A stretch of DNA of 64,000 bases from a virus (lineage: Duplodnaviria; Caudoviricetes). Below, one piece after another: positions 54,207 through 63,449 of the stretch (its first letter is position 1; every line of letters begins with the position of its first letter). A program made the position numbers and the translations under genes. Location: IMG/VR virus record IMGVR_UViG_3300009551_000049, positions 1,196-65,195 of that record; one strand, written 5' to 3'. A model generated the notes under the pieces. That model saw only the letters and a list, made by a program, of their open reading frames with translations. It had not been told where the DNA came from and ran no database searches.

Positions 54207-54455
54207 TCATTTCACCCACAGAAATTGGTTGCCACAGTTCGGGCATTTGACATGCCGGGTGGCCATACCCGGCTGGGTGTCGCGGTCAACGAGTTCCTGC
54301 GTTTCGCCCTCCGCACACTCGACCTTGCATTTGCATTCCTGACAGGTGCCCTGTAATTTTTTAACCTTCCGGCCCTGCTTCAGAATCTTCATACCTCGAG
54401 CCTGCCACCGACTGCCGGGCGTGTCACCCTCATTTTTTATTTTTCGACCCTTCAT
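54207..54455 (-). CDS. Zn-ribbon protein (CQEC...CPNC)
   Basis: Two CxxC pairs. Confidence 0.6.
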   Translation of the reverse strand: MKGRKIKNEGDTPGSRWQARGMKILKQGRKVKKLQGTCQECKCKVECAEGETQELVDRDTQPGMATRHVKCPNCGNQFLWVK

Positions 54456-54456
54456 T

Positions 54457-54990
54457 TTACTTCACAGAAGGCTTGGGCTTTAAATCGGGGCCGGGCTTGC
54501 GCCATCCAATCGCCCGCCCAACCTTCATCTTTGGCGTGGCCAGCGCGCGCTCCTCAGTCCAGCCAAGGTAATAAACCCGGTTCACGACCACGCGGTAAGA
54601 AAGTCCAGCGCGAATCGCCCGCTGCCGAAGGCTGTCGGGATCACGCACCTGACCCTTGGTAGAACGCCGGTTGGACTGCTGTTCTGACATGGTAGCCCAC
54701 CGGCAATTGTCCGGCTCGTAATTGCCATCGTTATTCTTGCGCTCAATACTATTCTGAGTGCCCTGAGGTTGCCCCATGTCATCCACAAAGTTATCGAATC
54801 CAGCGCGCCCCCGCCAACGGTCGCAAATCGTAATGCCACGCCCGCCGTAAAATTTATAGCCTTGGCTTTTGGGATTGTAGCATCGCTGGTGCATACCCAT
54901 CCATTTTACGTACATCACCGTCTTCTTTCCATTTATGGACGTTGGATGCTTGCCAGACTTCCAGCCAACTGGTCTTCCACGTTTTGACAT
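54457..54990 (-). CDS. HNH homing endonuclease-like protein
   Basis: W.GM.QRC, YGGRGI.IC.RW, SIERKNNDGNYEPDNCRWAT..Q..N. Confidence 0.88.
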   Translation of the reverse strand: MSKRGRPVGWKSGKHPTSINGKKTVMYVKWMGMHQRCYNPKSQGYKFYGGRGITICDRWRGRAGFDNFVDDMGQPQGTQNSIERKNNDGNYEPDNCRWATMSEQQSNRRSTKGQVRDPDSLRQRAIRAGLSYRVVVNRVYYLGWTEERALATPKMKVGRAIGWRKPGPDLKPKPSVK

Positions 54991-54996
54991 TGATTA

Positions 54997-55026
54997 AAGA
55001 TAACATTGCAGCAACCTTTAAATCAA
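54997..55026 (-). promoter_or_regulatory. Promoter TTGATT-18-(TG)TATCTT, leaderless ATG 6 nt downstream
   Basis: Seen on the minus strand upstream of 54990. Confidence 0.55.
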
Positions 55027-55237
55027 CATAAAAATATAACAATCATCATAACTGTAATTCCTAGGATTCGATTTGCCGCATTTTGTTTCCGGGTGTCACT
55101 GACGGTTCAATAGGTAACTGAACGCACAGGCTGACTAAGGCAGCGCGCAGGGCTATGCCCTGTAGTCGAAGTCTTATATGTGGGTGAATAGTGCCGAGGA
55201 TTGAGAAGGCTCCTATCATCGTAAGAACCGACGACCA

Positions 55238-55265
55238 CCCGTACCCCCAAAACCCTCCCCACCCC
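55238..55265 (-). other. G-quadruplex-type motif GGGGTGGGGAGGGTTTTGGGGGTACGGG
   Basis: Five G-tracts with loops of 1-4 nt in the largest non-coding region. Confidence 0.6.
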
Positions 55266-55647
55266 TTTAAGGTTTATCAAATTGATTATTGTTTTACAAT
55301 GTCCATTATGATTAGACCACACCACAAGCGACAACAAACCGAAGCCCAACAACTTACTACAAATCGGACATGAATTGCCTCGGTTATCTTCAGCGATCCA
55401 TCAAAGCGGGCACCACAAGCGAGGCCAAAACACCACCTGTTGTGGTGTCGAAGTCGAGAACGAAGGCCAGCCCCGACGGCGGCGGCGCACGGCCAACTGT
55501 CAACGGCTGGAGGCCAGCGGAGATTGAGAACTGAAGTCCGGCAAGCATCGCTTACCACTGCTTACCAGTACTGACTACGCTCCTTGTCGGCATTTGGGAC
55601 GCGACATTTTGAAACGCGAATCACACTGTATGCTTCTGCTTCTGCTT

Positions 55648-55696
55648 GCGTGACGCTACGGCTTGTCACGCGTAGCGTCACGCTTGACACGCGTGA
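55648..55696. repeat. 13-bp perfect inverted repeat and GTCACG/CGTGAC iteron-like repeats
   Basis: GCGTGACGCTACG-N10-CGTAGCGTCACGC at 55648-55683; further copies in the loop and promoter spacer. Confidence 0.75.
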
Positions 55697-55711
55697 CTGG
55701 TCGGGTATGAT
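55684..55711 (+). promoter_or_regulatory. Promoter TTGACA-16-TATGAT, leaderless ATG 55718
   Basis: Near-consensus sigma70 elements. Confidence 0.65.
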
Positions 55712-55717
55712 TCGTTT

Positions 55718-56239
55718 ATGGCCTTCGTGAAACTTGATTGTGGGATGTTGGATTCGACCATTTGGCTTGACCGCGAGGCGCGGGAATTGTTTATCACCGC
55801 ACTGCTCATGGCCGTACCTTTTGAGCTGAAGGAACCCGCACCACAGATAAGGGTGCAATCGCTGGAGGAAACTGGCTTTATCGTCCCGCCGGGCTGGTAT
55901 GGCCGGGTGGAGGCCGCTGGCTCCGGGATCATCCACCGTGCGGGCATGGAGCTACAGGCGGGCATGGCCGCGCTCGTCCGGCTGGGCGAGCCTGAAGTTG
56001 ACAGCCGCACGCCCGACTTTGAGGGCCGCAGACTGGTACGCGTGGCGGGCGGTTACCTCGCTCTAAACTTCGCCCGCTACCGGGAGAAGGATCATACAGC
56101 CGCCGAACGATCCAAACGCTACCGCCAGCGCAAAATGACACGACCACGCCGCAAGGGGCCGTCACCGCGCGAGGTCGAAGCCGTCAAAGCTCTGGAGGCC
56201 GGGGACGAACGACGATTCGACCAGCTTACCGGCGAATAA
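55718..56239 (+). CDS. Protein resembling the N-terminal domain of phage replication initiators
   Basis: FVKLD.G.LDSTIW, SRTPDFEGRRL.RV.GG...LN...YR, AERSKRYRQRK. Confidence 0.6.
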   Translation: MAFVKLDCGMLDSTIWLDREARELFITALLMAVPFELKEPAPQIRVQSLEETGFIVPPGWYGRVEAAGSGIIHRAGMELQAGMAALVRLGEPEVDSRTPDFEGRRLVRVAGGYLALNFARYREKDHTAAERSKRYRQRKMTRPRRKGPSPREVEAVKALEAGDERRFDQLTGE

Positions 56240-56288
56240 ACCTTTCCCAGTCTTCCGGCGCACCCGCCAAAATAAATCAACTTTGTGC

Positions 56289-56316
56289 TTGCATTAGTAA
56301 TATACTATTGTAATGT
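56289..56316 (+). promoter_or_regulatory. Early-type promoter TTGCAT-16-TAATGT
   Basis: AT-rich tract upstream of a run of small genes. Confidence 0.5.
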
Positions 56317-56365
56317 AGTATCAAGTCCGGGCGATAAAGCCCGGATGGTAACAAAAAGCGAATCA

Positions 56366-56578
56366 ATGAATGTTGAAACAAAAATCTTCTTGGCTTTAGG
56401 ATTAGACAAAGCGCACACCATCCGCAAAATTGCGGCAACCGTGGCTTATCGCTATTGGATGGAAATGCACCGCTTTGGCTGGTTTAAATCAAATCAGGAC
56501 AAACTGACAAAGCTGGTCAAACGCTTTCGCTTGGGCGATTGGATTTGCGCCCTGTCCGCCCATTATCCCGTTCGCTGA
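56366..56578 (+). CDS. Small hypothetical protein MNVETKIFLAL...
   Basis: ATG follows the leader AACAAAAAGCGAATCA. Confidence 0.6.
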   Translation: MNVETKIFLALGLDKAHTIRKIAATVAYRYWMEMHRFGWFKSNQDKLTKLVKRFRLGDWICALSAHYPVR

Positions 56579-56652
56579 ATTCCCGCCCCCTGTCCATCGG
56601 CAACGGTGGACAGCAGACGGTAATTAAGCCGCAAACAACAAAAGCGAATCAT

Positions 56653-56799
56653 ATGACCAAAATTAAACCAACCAAGGAGGACGCCTTGCAGGAGTCTGCA
56701 AAGAAAGCCCTCAAATCACTTCCGCGTGTCCGTGTTGAGCAATGTATGTACGTCAGTCTGGACACCCTCAGAATACGCGGACTTGAAACGCGAGCTTGA
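56653..56799 (+). CDS. Small hypothetical protein MTKIKPTKEDAL...
   Basis: ATG follows the leader AACAAAAGCGAATCAT. Confidence 0.5.
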   Translation: MTKIKPTKEDALQESAKKALKSLPRVRVEQCMYVSLDTLRIRGLETRA

Positions 56800-56920
56800 G
56801 AATTACGGCCCGCCAGACGCGCATTATCAGCTAGACATTCGCAAGCGTGTCACCAAAGCAGACCGCATCGAACGCGAACGCCAGCTAAAATAAAATCATC
56901 TGCCAAACCAAATTTAAAAT

Positions 56921-57166
56921 ATGAAAATCACTTTGTTGAATGGCAGATAATACAGCATCCGCGCATGGACTGGTGGCAAGTCTGATTATCGGGCTTGCAC
57001 CCACCCGGACTTTGGATGGCTCCGCCGCTGGTTTTTCCGCGAGGAGGTCAAGCGTTGCGGCGGGCTGGACTTCTGGCAGTGTGCGGGCACTTCCGCCTTG
57101 CAACGTGCCCGTATTTTCTGGAACCGCGCCAGCCTTGACGCGCTAGCAACCCTTGAACTGAACTAA
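56921..57166 (+). pseudogene. 81-codon ORF interrupted by an in-frame TAA at codon 10
   Basis: MKITLLNGR*YSIRAWTGGKSDYRACTHPDFGWLRRWFF...LELN; A-rich leader before the ATG; fills the gap to the next gene. Confidence 0.55.
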
Positions 57167-57192
57167 TTTTAACCAATAAACACAAGCATTTT

Positions 57193-58977
57193 ATGAACAC
57201 TGAAGAAACAACAGCAAAAGAATTCACAGGCGAAGCCACATATTGCCCCGAAGATAACAAGCTGCGTCTTTACGTTGGACGCGTTCCCCGCGAGGAGTAT
57301 TTAAAATTGAGGGCCGAAGGCTGGACGGCCTTGCCCAAGCAGCGCGAAACCGGGGGCGGAGACTTCGCAGCCATCTGGACGCCCGCTCGCCGCGACACCG
57401 CTTTAGAATACGCCGGATTTATCGGCGATGAGGACAAAGGCCCGGAGGAGCGCGCAGCGGACAGGGCCGAGCGTTTCAGCGGCTACCGTGACAAACGCAC
57501 CGTCGAAGCCTGCGGACACGCGGACAGGTACGAGACCGGGCCGAGCGCACACGGTTTCCAATCGCAGGCACGGGCCGAGCGCGCAGCCGCCCGCCATGAC
57601 CGCATTGCCACCCGTGCCGGGGATTCATGGTCTAAAGCCGAATACTGGACACGCCGCACCGCTGGCGTCATCGGACATGCGCTTTACAAGTCAACGCCGG
57701 GTGTGCGTATGGGCCGCATTAAAATCATTGAGGCGGATTTGCGGCGGATCGAAAAACAGCGGGCTGAGAACGCCGCATTTTTTGAATCGTGGCGCGACAT
57801 TTCGACCATGACCGATGCCACCCAGCAAAACGCATTTGCAAAGCGGCTGGCCAGCTCATGTTATGGCCGGATGGATTACACCCACCCGCGCACGGGCAAA
57901 ACCGGCAGTTTGTGGGAATTTATCCGCGATGACGCTGCCGACCGGATCACGGGCGCGGAGGCTGCGGCCCTTTACCTCGCGGCCCATGCCGACCCCAAAA
58001 AGCCGGAATGGAACGAAACGCGCTCAGGTGAATGGGTGGCGCATTACAATTTGCGGCTGGCTTATGAAAACCAAATGTGCGAGGCCGCAGGAGGCCGGGC
58101 CGCGCTGGTCGAGATGGTGCCTGGCGGTTTCGTCGGCTCATATCAAATCCGCAAGGTATGCAAGTCGCCTGTGACCGGCCTTGTCGTTTCGGTTGAAGTC
58201 ATGGGAACGCATACCGGCTATACCAAGGAAAGCGGATACACCGAGCGCGCCACCCGCCCCGCGCCCGTCCTGTTCAACATCGAGCGGCTGACCGCCGAAG
58301 CCTACCGGCCCCCAACGGCGGAGGAGCTGACCGCGTTTAAAGCCGCGATGAAGGCGGAGAAAGCCGCCAAGCCCAAGGCCATCAAGCCGCCCTTGATTAA
58401 CCCTACCGACGCGGACGCGGAACGCCTACAAGCGGTTTGGAACGAGCGCGAGCGGGCCGCATACGCCGCCAGCATGGAACGCCAGTACGGGGCAAGCATG
58501 GTCGCAAGCTGCCTGAAGGATTGGAAACCATCGACGGTTTGCCGGATCACGCAAGCCGCCTACTCCGCGAATTCAAAAGGCAGCTACGCGCGGGCGGAGA
58601 CAAAAGAAATTTGCTGGCATGGTGTCATCAAACCTCGCCAGTATTTTCACAGCTACGAAAAGCAGGCGAAAGACAACGCGGAACGCGGCCCCGTGGTGTG
58701 CGAACTGCGAACCACATCGAGCGACGGCCACACCTACGGCGCAAAGCGGGTAATTGTCCTTACTGACAAGGCGCAAAAGACTTTTCCCGCCGAAATCTGG
58801 CAGCAATTCAAACCCGCTGAAAGCGTGATAAAGTCCCTGTCTTGCGCGCTCAAGCTTTGGGTGTGTGGTTGCGGGCACCGGGAAGAAACTTCAAAAACCT
58901 ATGATTGCAAGGTTTGCCCGAATTGTAACCGGCTGATGCGTGACGAAAAAGGCGAAGTTTGCACCACCAAAAAATGA
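57193..58977 (+). CDS. DUF3560 domain protein
   Basis: ATYCPEDNKLRLY, WTPARRD, ERAADRAERF, AEYW..R, RIKIIEADLRR, W..HY..RLAYE. Confidence 0.8.
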   Translation: MNTEETTAKEFTGEATYCPEDNKLRLYVGRVPREEYLKLRAEGWTALPKQRETGGGDFAAIWTPARRDTALEYAGFIGDEDKGPEERAADRAERFSGYRDKRTVEACGHADRYETGPSAHGFQSQARAERAAARHDRIATRAGDSWSKAEYWTRRTAGVIGHALYKSTPGVRMGRIKIIEADLRRIEKQRAENAAFFESWRDISTMTDATQQNAFAKRLASSCYGRMDYTHPRTGKTGSLWEFIRDDAADRITGAEAAALYLAAHADPKKPEWNETRSGEWVAHYNLRLAYENQMCEAAGGRAALVEMVPGGFVGSYQIRKVCKSPVTGLVVSVEVMGTHTGYTKESGYTERATRPAPVLFNIERLTAEAYRPPTAEELTAFKAAMKAEKAAKPKAIKPPLINPTDADAERLQAVWNERERAAYAASMERQYGASMVASCLKDWKPSTVCRITQAAYSANSKGSYARAETKEICWHGVIKPRQYFHSYEKQAKDNAERGPVVCELRTTSSDGHTYGAKRVIVLTDKAQKTFPAEIWQQFKPAESVIKSLSCALKLWVCGCGHREETSKTYDCKVCPNCNRLMRDEKGEVCTTKK

Positions 58978-59609
58978 AGGCCGAAACATTCAACCGTTTG
59001 CATACGTTACGCATGGAAAATGACGCGGCCAAGTACGCACAGGACGAACTTAGGCCGCGCTTTGACCGCTTGGCGGGTCGGCATGAGAACGGCACCGCCC
59101 CGCGCGCGGTGTCCGCCTTCCAGCTGTTCCAGACGCCGCCGGACATCGCCGCCCGGCTGGTGTCCGCGTCGGGGGCAAACCGCAGTTGCCGGGTGCTTGA
59201 ACCCTCAGCCGGTCTAGGCCGCATTTTGGACGCGCTGCAAAAGTCCGGGGCGTGGGATATAACCGCCGTCGAAATGGCCGCGAATATCGCTGGGGAACTT
59301 TACGCCCAATGCCGCCCCGAGCTGAAGATTTTACAGCGCGACTTTTTGACGGTCATACCAGAGGAAACGGGGTTATTTGATTGCGTGGTGATGAATCCCC
59401 CATTTCATCTCCGGGCCGACATCCGCCACATTTTACACGCCCTGAAGTTTTTACAGACTGGCGGAACGCTGGCTGCACTCTGCCTTGATACGCCGCACCG
59501 CGAAAAAGCCTTGCGGCCTATGTCCTCCAGCTGGGAGAAACTACCGGCGGGAACCTTTGCCAAGGAGGGAACGTACGTTCCGACCGTGCTTTTGACGATC
59601 CGCAAATAA
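58974..59609 (+). CDS. Adenine-type SAM methyltransferase (gamma-like)
   Basis: FQTPP, VLEPSAGLG, VMNPPF; ATGA-coupled to the DUF3560 gene. Confidence 0.85.
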   Translation: MKAETFNRLHTLRMENDAAKYAQDELRPRFDRLAGRHENGTAPRAVSAFQLFQTPPDIAARLVSASGANRSCRVLEPSAGLGRILDALQKSGAWDITAVEMAANIAGELYAQCRPELKILQRDFLTVIPEETGLFDCVVMNPPFHLRADIRHILHALKFLQTGGTLAALCLDTPHREKALRPMSSSWEKLPAGTFAKEGTYVPTVLLTIRK

Positions 59610-59680
59610 TGACCGGCCCTGACGCCGATAAAAAATGAATCCCCAGCCGTACACCACGACCAGTGAACCGTGACTGAATT

Positions 59681-60058
59681 ATGAAAAACACCCCAACCCC
59701 AACCGATGCCGCCACGCCCATGCTTAAAGTTCTTGAAAAACCGATGTCCATTCGCCTTGTTCAAAGCGACGACAAAACGGTGGCAATAATGCAAGGCGAC
59801 GACGACTCGCGGGAAACAGACTTACAATGGGCTAACAGAATCGTCCGCGCCGTCAACTTGCTGGCCGCGTATGAGGCGATGGCGGTGATGACAGAGAAGT
59901 TGCGCCTCGCAATCAATCCGTTACTGGTTGAACTACCGGACAAATCGGTTGTGAACGGCGAGGATAATTTCCCGTTTCGCTTGAAGATTTTAAAGCTGCA
60001 AGTCGAAGCTGAAACAGCCCTCGCCCAACTCGCCAAGCTCAAGGAGGAATTGAAGTGA
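59681..60058 (+). CDS. Hypothetical protein
   Basis: Contains ANRIVRAVN, a motif of small phage proteins. Confidence 0.6.
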   Translation: MKNTPTPTDAATPMLKVLEKPMSIRLVQSDDKTVAIMQGDDDSRETDLQWANRIVRAVNLLAAYEAMAVMTEKLRLAINPLLVELPDKSVVNGEDNFPFRLKILKLQVEAETALAQLAKLKEELK

Positions 60059-60492
60059 ACACAAATCTCCGCCAGTTCAAAACCTGCGCCGGATGCAAAG
60101 CTGGCGTGCTGTCGCAAGGACAACCGTTTAGCTGCGCCCTTGGCTTCAAGGTCAACGGCAAGACCTGTGTTCCGCTTCAAGCCTGTGTGAAGCCCAGAAC
60201 CATCACCGACCTGACTGAAGCCCGTAAGCACAATTGGGAATCACACAGGCTACTTGGCTATTGCTCAAATGATCCCACGATAGTAACTGGCGAAGACCCG
60301 GCTCTAAAACAAATTTACAGAATCGGACTAAATGCCGTCGAATTTGGCTACCGCCAATGCGAGAAGGGCAACAATCTGGAAACCGCCTTGGAAAACTTCA
60401 AGGCAGTTACCAATTCGCAACAACCATGTCCGAATTGTGCCAGCACCACCCACCCGCCGGGATGCTGTGCAAAGGATGGTCACGGCGGATGA
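60055..60492 (+). CDS. Cys-rich hypothetical protein
   Basis: GTGA-coupled ORF. Confidence 0.55.
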   Translation: MNTNLRQFKTCAGCKAGVLSQGQPFSCALGFKVNGKTCVPLQACVKPRTITDLTEARKHNWESHRLLGYCSNDPTIVTGEDPALKQIYRIGLNAVEFGYRQCEKGNNLETALENFKAVTNSQQPCPNCASTTHPPGCCAKDGHGG

Positions 60493-60800
60493 ATTTGACC
60501 GTGGAAATCGAGGACTTATGAAAATCAAAGCACATTTGCAGCGCGCACGAAGGGCACTAGATGCTGATGCGAAAGCGGGCAGTGTGTGGCGAGCTGGTCA
60601 GGCCGACACGCTTAGAAACTGTCTTCTCCCCCAGCCACCGGCAAACGCGGGACGGATAAACGCCACGCCGGTTAAAATAAGTTCGCGGGTCGGTAACCGC
60701 GCCACGGTCTTTAATTTGGCGGCAATGACGCCCCCAAACCGCGCGCTTGGACGGCATTCTATGTCTAAACGAGACAGGCGCGCGGTCACAATTTGAAATT

Positions 60801-61235
60801 ATGAAAACCAAAAAAACAAACTGGATACCACGCCGCCGTGGTAAAACCTACTGCTCGTCCGCCTGTGGATCGGGTTGCACATGGGCTGATTATATGTCAG
60901 CAAAACGCACTGGCGAGCGCGTCCGCAAAATGATGGACACCCCGAACGATTGGGAAGTCGTCGTTTGGGAGAACGGCGGATGGTTCTGGAAGCTCAAGCA
61001 TATCATGGGCCATTTGTCCCTATGGTCGGATTGCCATCGCCTGAGCACTTCGCCAAAATTCCACGCCATGTTGAGCACGGATGCGGACGCTATGGGTTGT
61101 GACCACACTTGGTACGACAGCCAGCGGTTTGAGAATCCTAACGAGGCGGTTAAACATCGCCTGAAGCTCGCCGCCAGCAAGATGGACGGCATCAACAAGC
61201 TGCTTTTCAAATTCAACCCGCTGCGTGTCAAATGA
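60801..61235 (+). CDS. Hypothetical protein (YCSSACG.GCT motif)
   Basis: ATG 60801 follows an AT-rich leader. Confidence 0.65.
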   Translation: MKTKKTNWIPRRRGKTYCSSACGSGCTWADYMSAKRTGERVRKMMDTPNDWEVVVWENGGWFWKLKHIMGHLSLWSDCHRLSTSPKFHAMLSTDADAMGCDHTWYDSQRFENPNEAVKHRLKLAASKMDGINKLLFKFNPLRVK

Positions 61236-61492
61236 AATTCGAGGAGCTGTCCATGCGCGCGGCCAATGTTGGGGGCAGATTGTATTCTGTTAAAACCGGC
61301 CAATATGAGGGCCATACTTATATCATGGCCAGCAAGCGCATGATACGCGAAGCGATAAAAGATGGCTCAATCAATAAAATCATTGGGGCTGGTCGAATCA
61401 CTATTAACGAGCTTCGACGGTATGCAGGCCTTAAACCTGAAACTATCAAAAGATGTCCTTGCTGTAACCAAACTATAAAATCAAAACCATGA
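61232..61492 (+). CDS. Small protein with an RNA polymerase alpha-CTD-like HhH motif
   Basis: NKIIGAGRITINELRRYAGL. Confidence 0.45.
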   Translation: MKFEELSMRAANVGGRLYSVKTGQYEGHTYIMASKRMIREAIKDGSINKIIGAGRITINELRRYAGLKPETIKRCPCCNQTIKSKP

Positions 61493-61875
61493 AACACAAC
61501 ACCATCTCCGATGGCAAGCAGCTTGTCCTGCTGGCAAACCCTGACGAACGGGACGTTATATCCATGTTCGACAACCCTAATAACGTGCCGATGGCCACGG
61601 TCAAAAAGCATCTCGACCCGCTGCTTGGGCAGAACGGTCTGGAATGGAAGGTGTGCGACACGCTGACCATTTGCCGGATCGGAGAGCCACAGACCGAAAG
61701 AGGCTCGGACGCCGATGAATGGGTTTACCTTGGCCGTTTTCCAGCCCCCTCGGGCACTACCTACAGGTGGTATGCGCGCGTCACAGATGTCTGGCATTAC
61801 AACGGCTCGCCTGGCCAGTTGCTCCTTCAACTGCGCGACCAAGGACAGGCCATATTTGAGGGCGGTGCGGTATGA
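61489..61875 (+). CDS. Hypothetical protein
   Basis: Coupled ORF. Confidence 0.6.
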   Translation: MKHNTISDGKQLVLLANPDERDVISMFDNPNNVPMATVKKHLDPLLGQNGLEWKVCDTLTICRIGEPQTERGSDADEWVYLGRFPAPSGTTYRWYARVTDVWHYNGSPGQLLLQLRDQGQAIFEGGAV

Positions 61876-62069
61876 AACCAGCGGTCATGTGCCGGGTGCC
61901 CGCGTTCTGCGACGAGGTTTCAGCCAAATCGGGCCTTCCCGTGCAATCCCGACTGGATGGGCCGGTTAAGGTCGTGACTTTCGACGGGCGCGACCACCGA
62001 TTTACCGTGACTGAATACGAGCGCATCCGGGGCCAGTTGCCGGGCCGGGTGTTTTTGGAGCAAATCTGA
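61872..62069 (+). CDS. Small hypothetical protein
   Basis: Coupled ORF. Confidence 0.55.
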   Translation: MKPAVMCRVPAFCDEVSAKSGLPVQSRLDGPVKVVTFDGRDHRFTVTEYERIRGQLPGRVFLEQI

Positions 62070-62104
62070 TTGACTTTAGGTATATAAACCATTATTCATA
62101 CACC

Positions 62105-62266
62105 ATGAAAGAAATCAAACTTCCTGAATTCAAATGCCTGCGCTGTGACCATCCTTGGAACCCACGGCTTGCCGCCCTGCCCGCCGTCTGTCCGCGCTGC
62201 AAATCGCCCTACTGGAACAAGCCACGGTCAAAAAAGGCGGGGCCGGTGGCAAAAAAAACAGGCTGA
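62105..62266 (+). CDS. 53-aa Zn-ribbon protein MKEIKLPEFKCLRCDHPW...CPRCKSPYW
   Basis: Translated by hand; preceded by TTGACT (62070) and TATTCA. Confidence 0.75.
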   Translation: MKEIKLPEFKCLRCDHPWNPRLAALPAVCPRCKSPYWNKPRSKKAGPVAKKTG

Positions 62267-62267
62267 T

Positions 62268-62567
62268 ATGTTAATGACCATCAAAAACATCGCGCACCAC
62301 GCCGCCATACCCGATGGCGAATTGCGCGTGGTGCCCAGCCGGGGCGGTAAGTCATTTCTCATCATCGCGGCCAACGGTCAGGCCATCGCTGAAACGGTGC
62401 CGACTCAAAATCCACGCAAGAGCATGGCACGGGCCGCGCTGCTTGCCCATTCTCTGAATTCGTTTCCTCGCTCCATCCAAGCCTTGTCAGCCTGCAAGGA
62501 TGCTGGCCTCCACACTGCTGGAAAAATCATTGAGTCTCTCGAAGACATTTCCAAAATCGGAATATGA
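62268..62567 (+). CDS. Hypothetical protein
   Basis: ATG immediately after the previous stop. Confidence 0.55.
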   Translation: MLMTIKNIAHHAAIPDGELRVVPSRGGKSFLIIAANGQAIAETVPTQNPRKSMARAALLAHSLNSFPRSIQALSACKDAGLHTAGKIIESLEDISKIGI

Positions 62568-62761
62568 TTTCATCCGACAAAGACCTAGAAGCCATTTCCG
62601 CTTGCGTGGCCAGTTCGGTATCAGGAGGGCGCGTATTAATAGTTGCAACCAGCAAATCCAAGGCAAGAATCATTTGGACAGACATCCAAACTATCTGCGA
62701 AATGACTGGAATCAATATCCGAAAAGTCTCCAAAAATTTGAAAATAAGCTGGTCAAAATAA
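62564..62761 (+). CDS. Small hypothetical protein
   Basis: Coupled ORF. Confidence 0.5.
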   Translation: MISSDKDLEAISACVASSVSGGRVLIVATSKSKARIIWTDIQTICEMTGINIRKVSKNLKISWSK

Positions 62762-62868
62762 TTTATGAAAATCCACGAAGCCTTGCTCCTCTGTCTGTTC
62801 ATGGTGGTAAACGTCGCCACTGATACCGCCGTCATGGCCGCTGAGTTTATGCGCCTCGGCCTTGCCAA

Positions 62869-63120
62869 ATGAGCCGCCTACGAGCAACCGGACTTGGGAG
62901 CAACCAAGACCCAGACGACTGGCGGGAACAGCGCGTGGATCGGGATCGCGAGGCCGGACTTCGAGCCACCGAGATATTTTGCATTTTGCCGGATGGTCGT
63001 GAGGAGGTCTTTTTGCGCTATCCTGAAAACTCAAAGCAGGCATTGGAGCTTATCAGAGAGGTTTTAAAGCTGAAAAAGAAGCGGGGATCAAAATGCCCGT
63101 TCGGTTATAGGAATGTTTAA
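62869..63120 (+). CDS. Small hypothetical protein
   Basis: Coupled ORF. Confidence 0.55.
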   Translation: MSRLRATGLGSNQDPDDWREQRVDRDREAGLRATEIFCILPDGREEVFLRYPENSKQALELIREVLKLKKKRGSKCPFGYRNV

Positions 63121-63122
63121 TT

Positions 63123-63449
63123 ATGAGCACCACCCAACAACAGATTGAGGAGAAAATTGCCAAAAGATATTCCACAATTTACGACTTCAACGGTTCGTCC
63201 AAAGAACAAATAGCAAATTCATTCAAAGACGCCATTGGAGAAGCCACCCAACCATTGCTGGAGAGGGTTGCGGAACTTGAAGATGTTATTCGCAGAGAAG
63301 CGTGGCTTGAGAATGCCAACAAAGAAGGGTCTGGAATCCAATCACCTTATGTCGGATGGGATGAGTACCAGAAACTCCAATCCCAACTCACCACCCTCGA
63401 AGCTGCGTGTGCGGAGCTTGAGAAGCAGCTTGCTGATAAGAAAAAATGA
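63123..63449 (+). CDS. Coiled-coil hypothetical protein
   Basis: Coupled ORF. Confidence 0.6.
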   Translation: MSTTQQQIEEKIAKRYSTIYDFNGSSKEQIANSFKDAIGEATQPLLERVAELEDVIRREAWLENANKEGSGIQSPYVGWDEYQKLQSQLTTLEAACAELEKQLADKKK

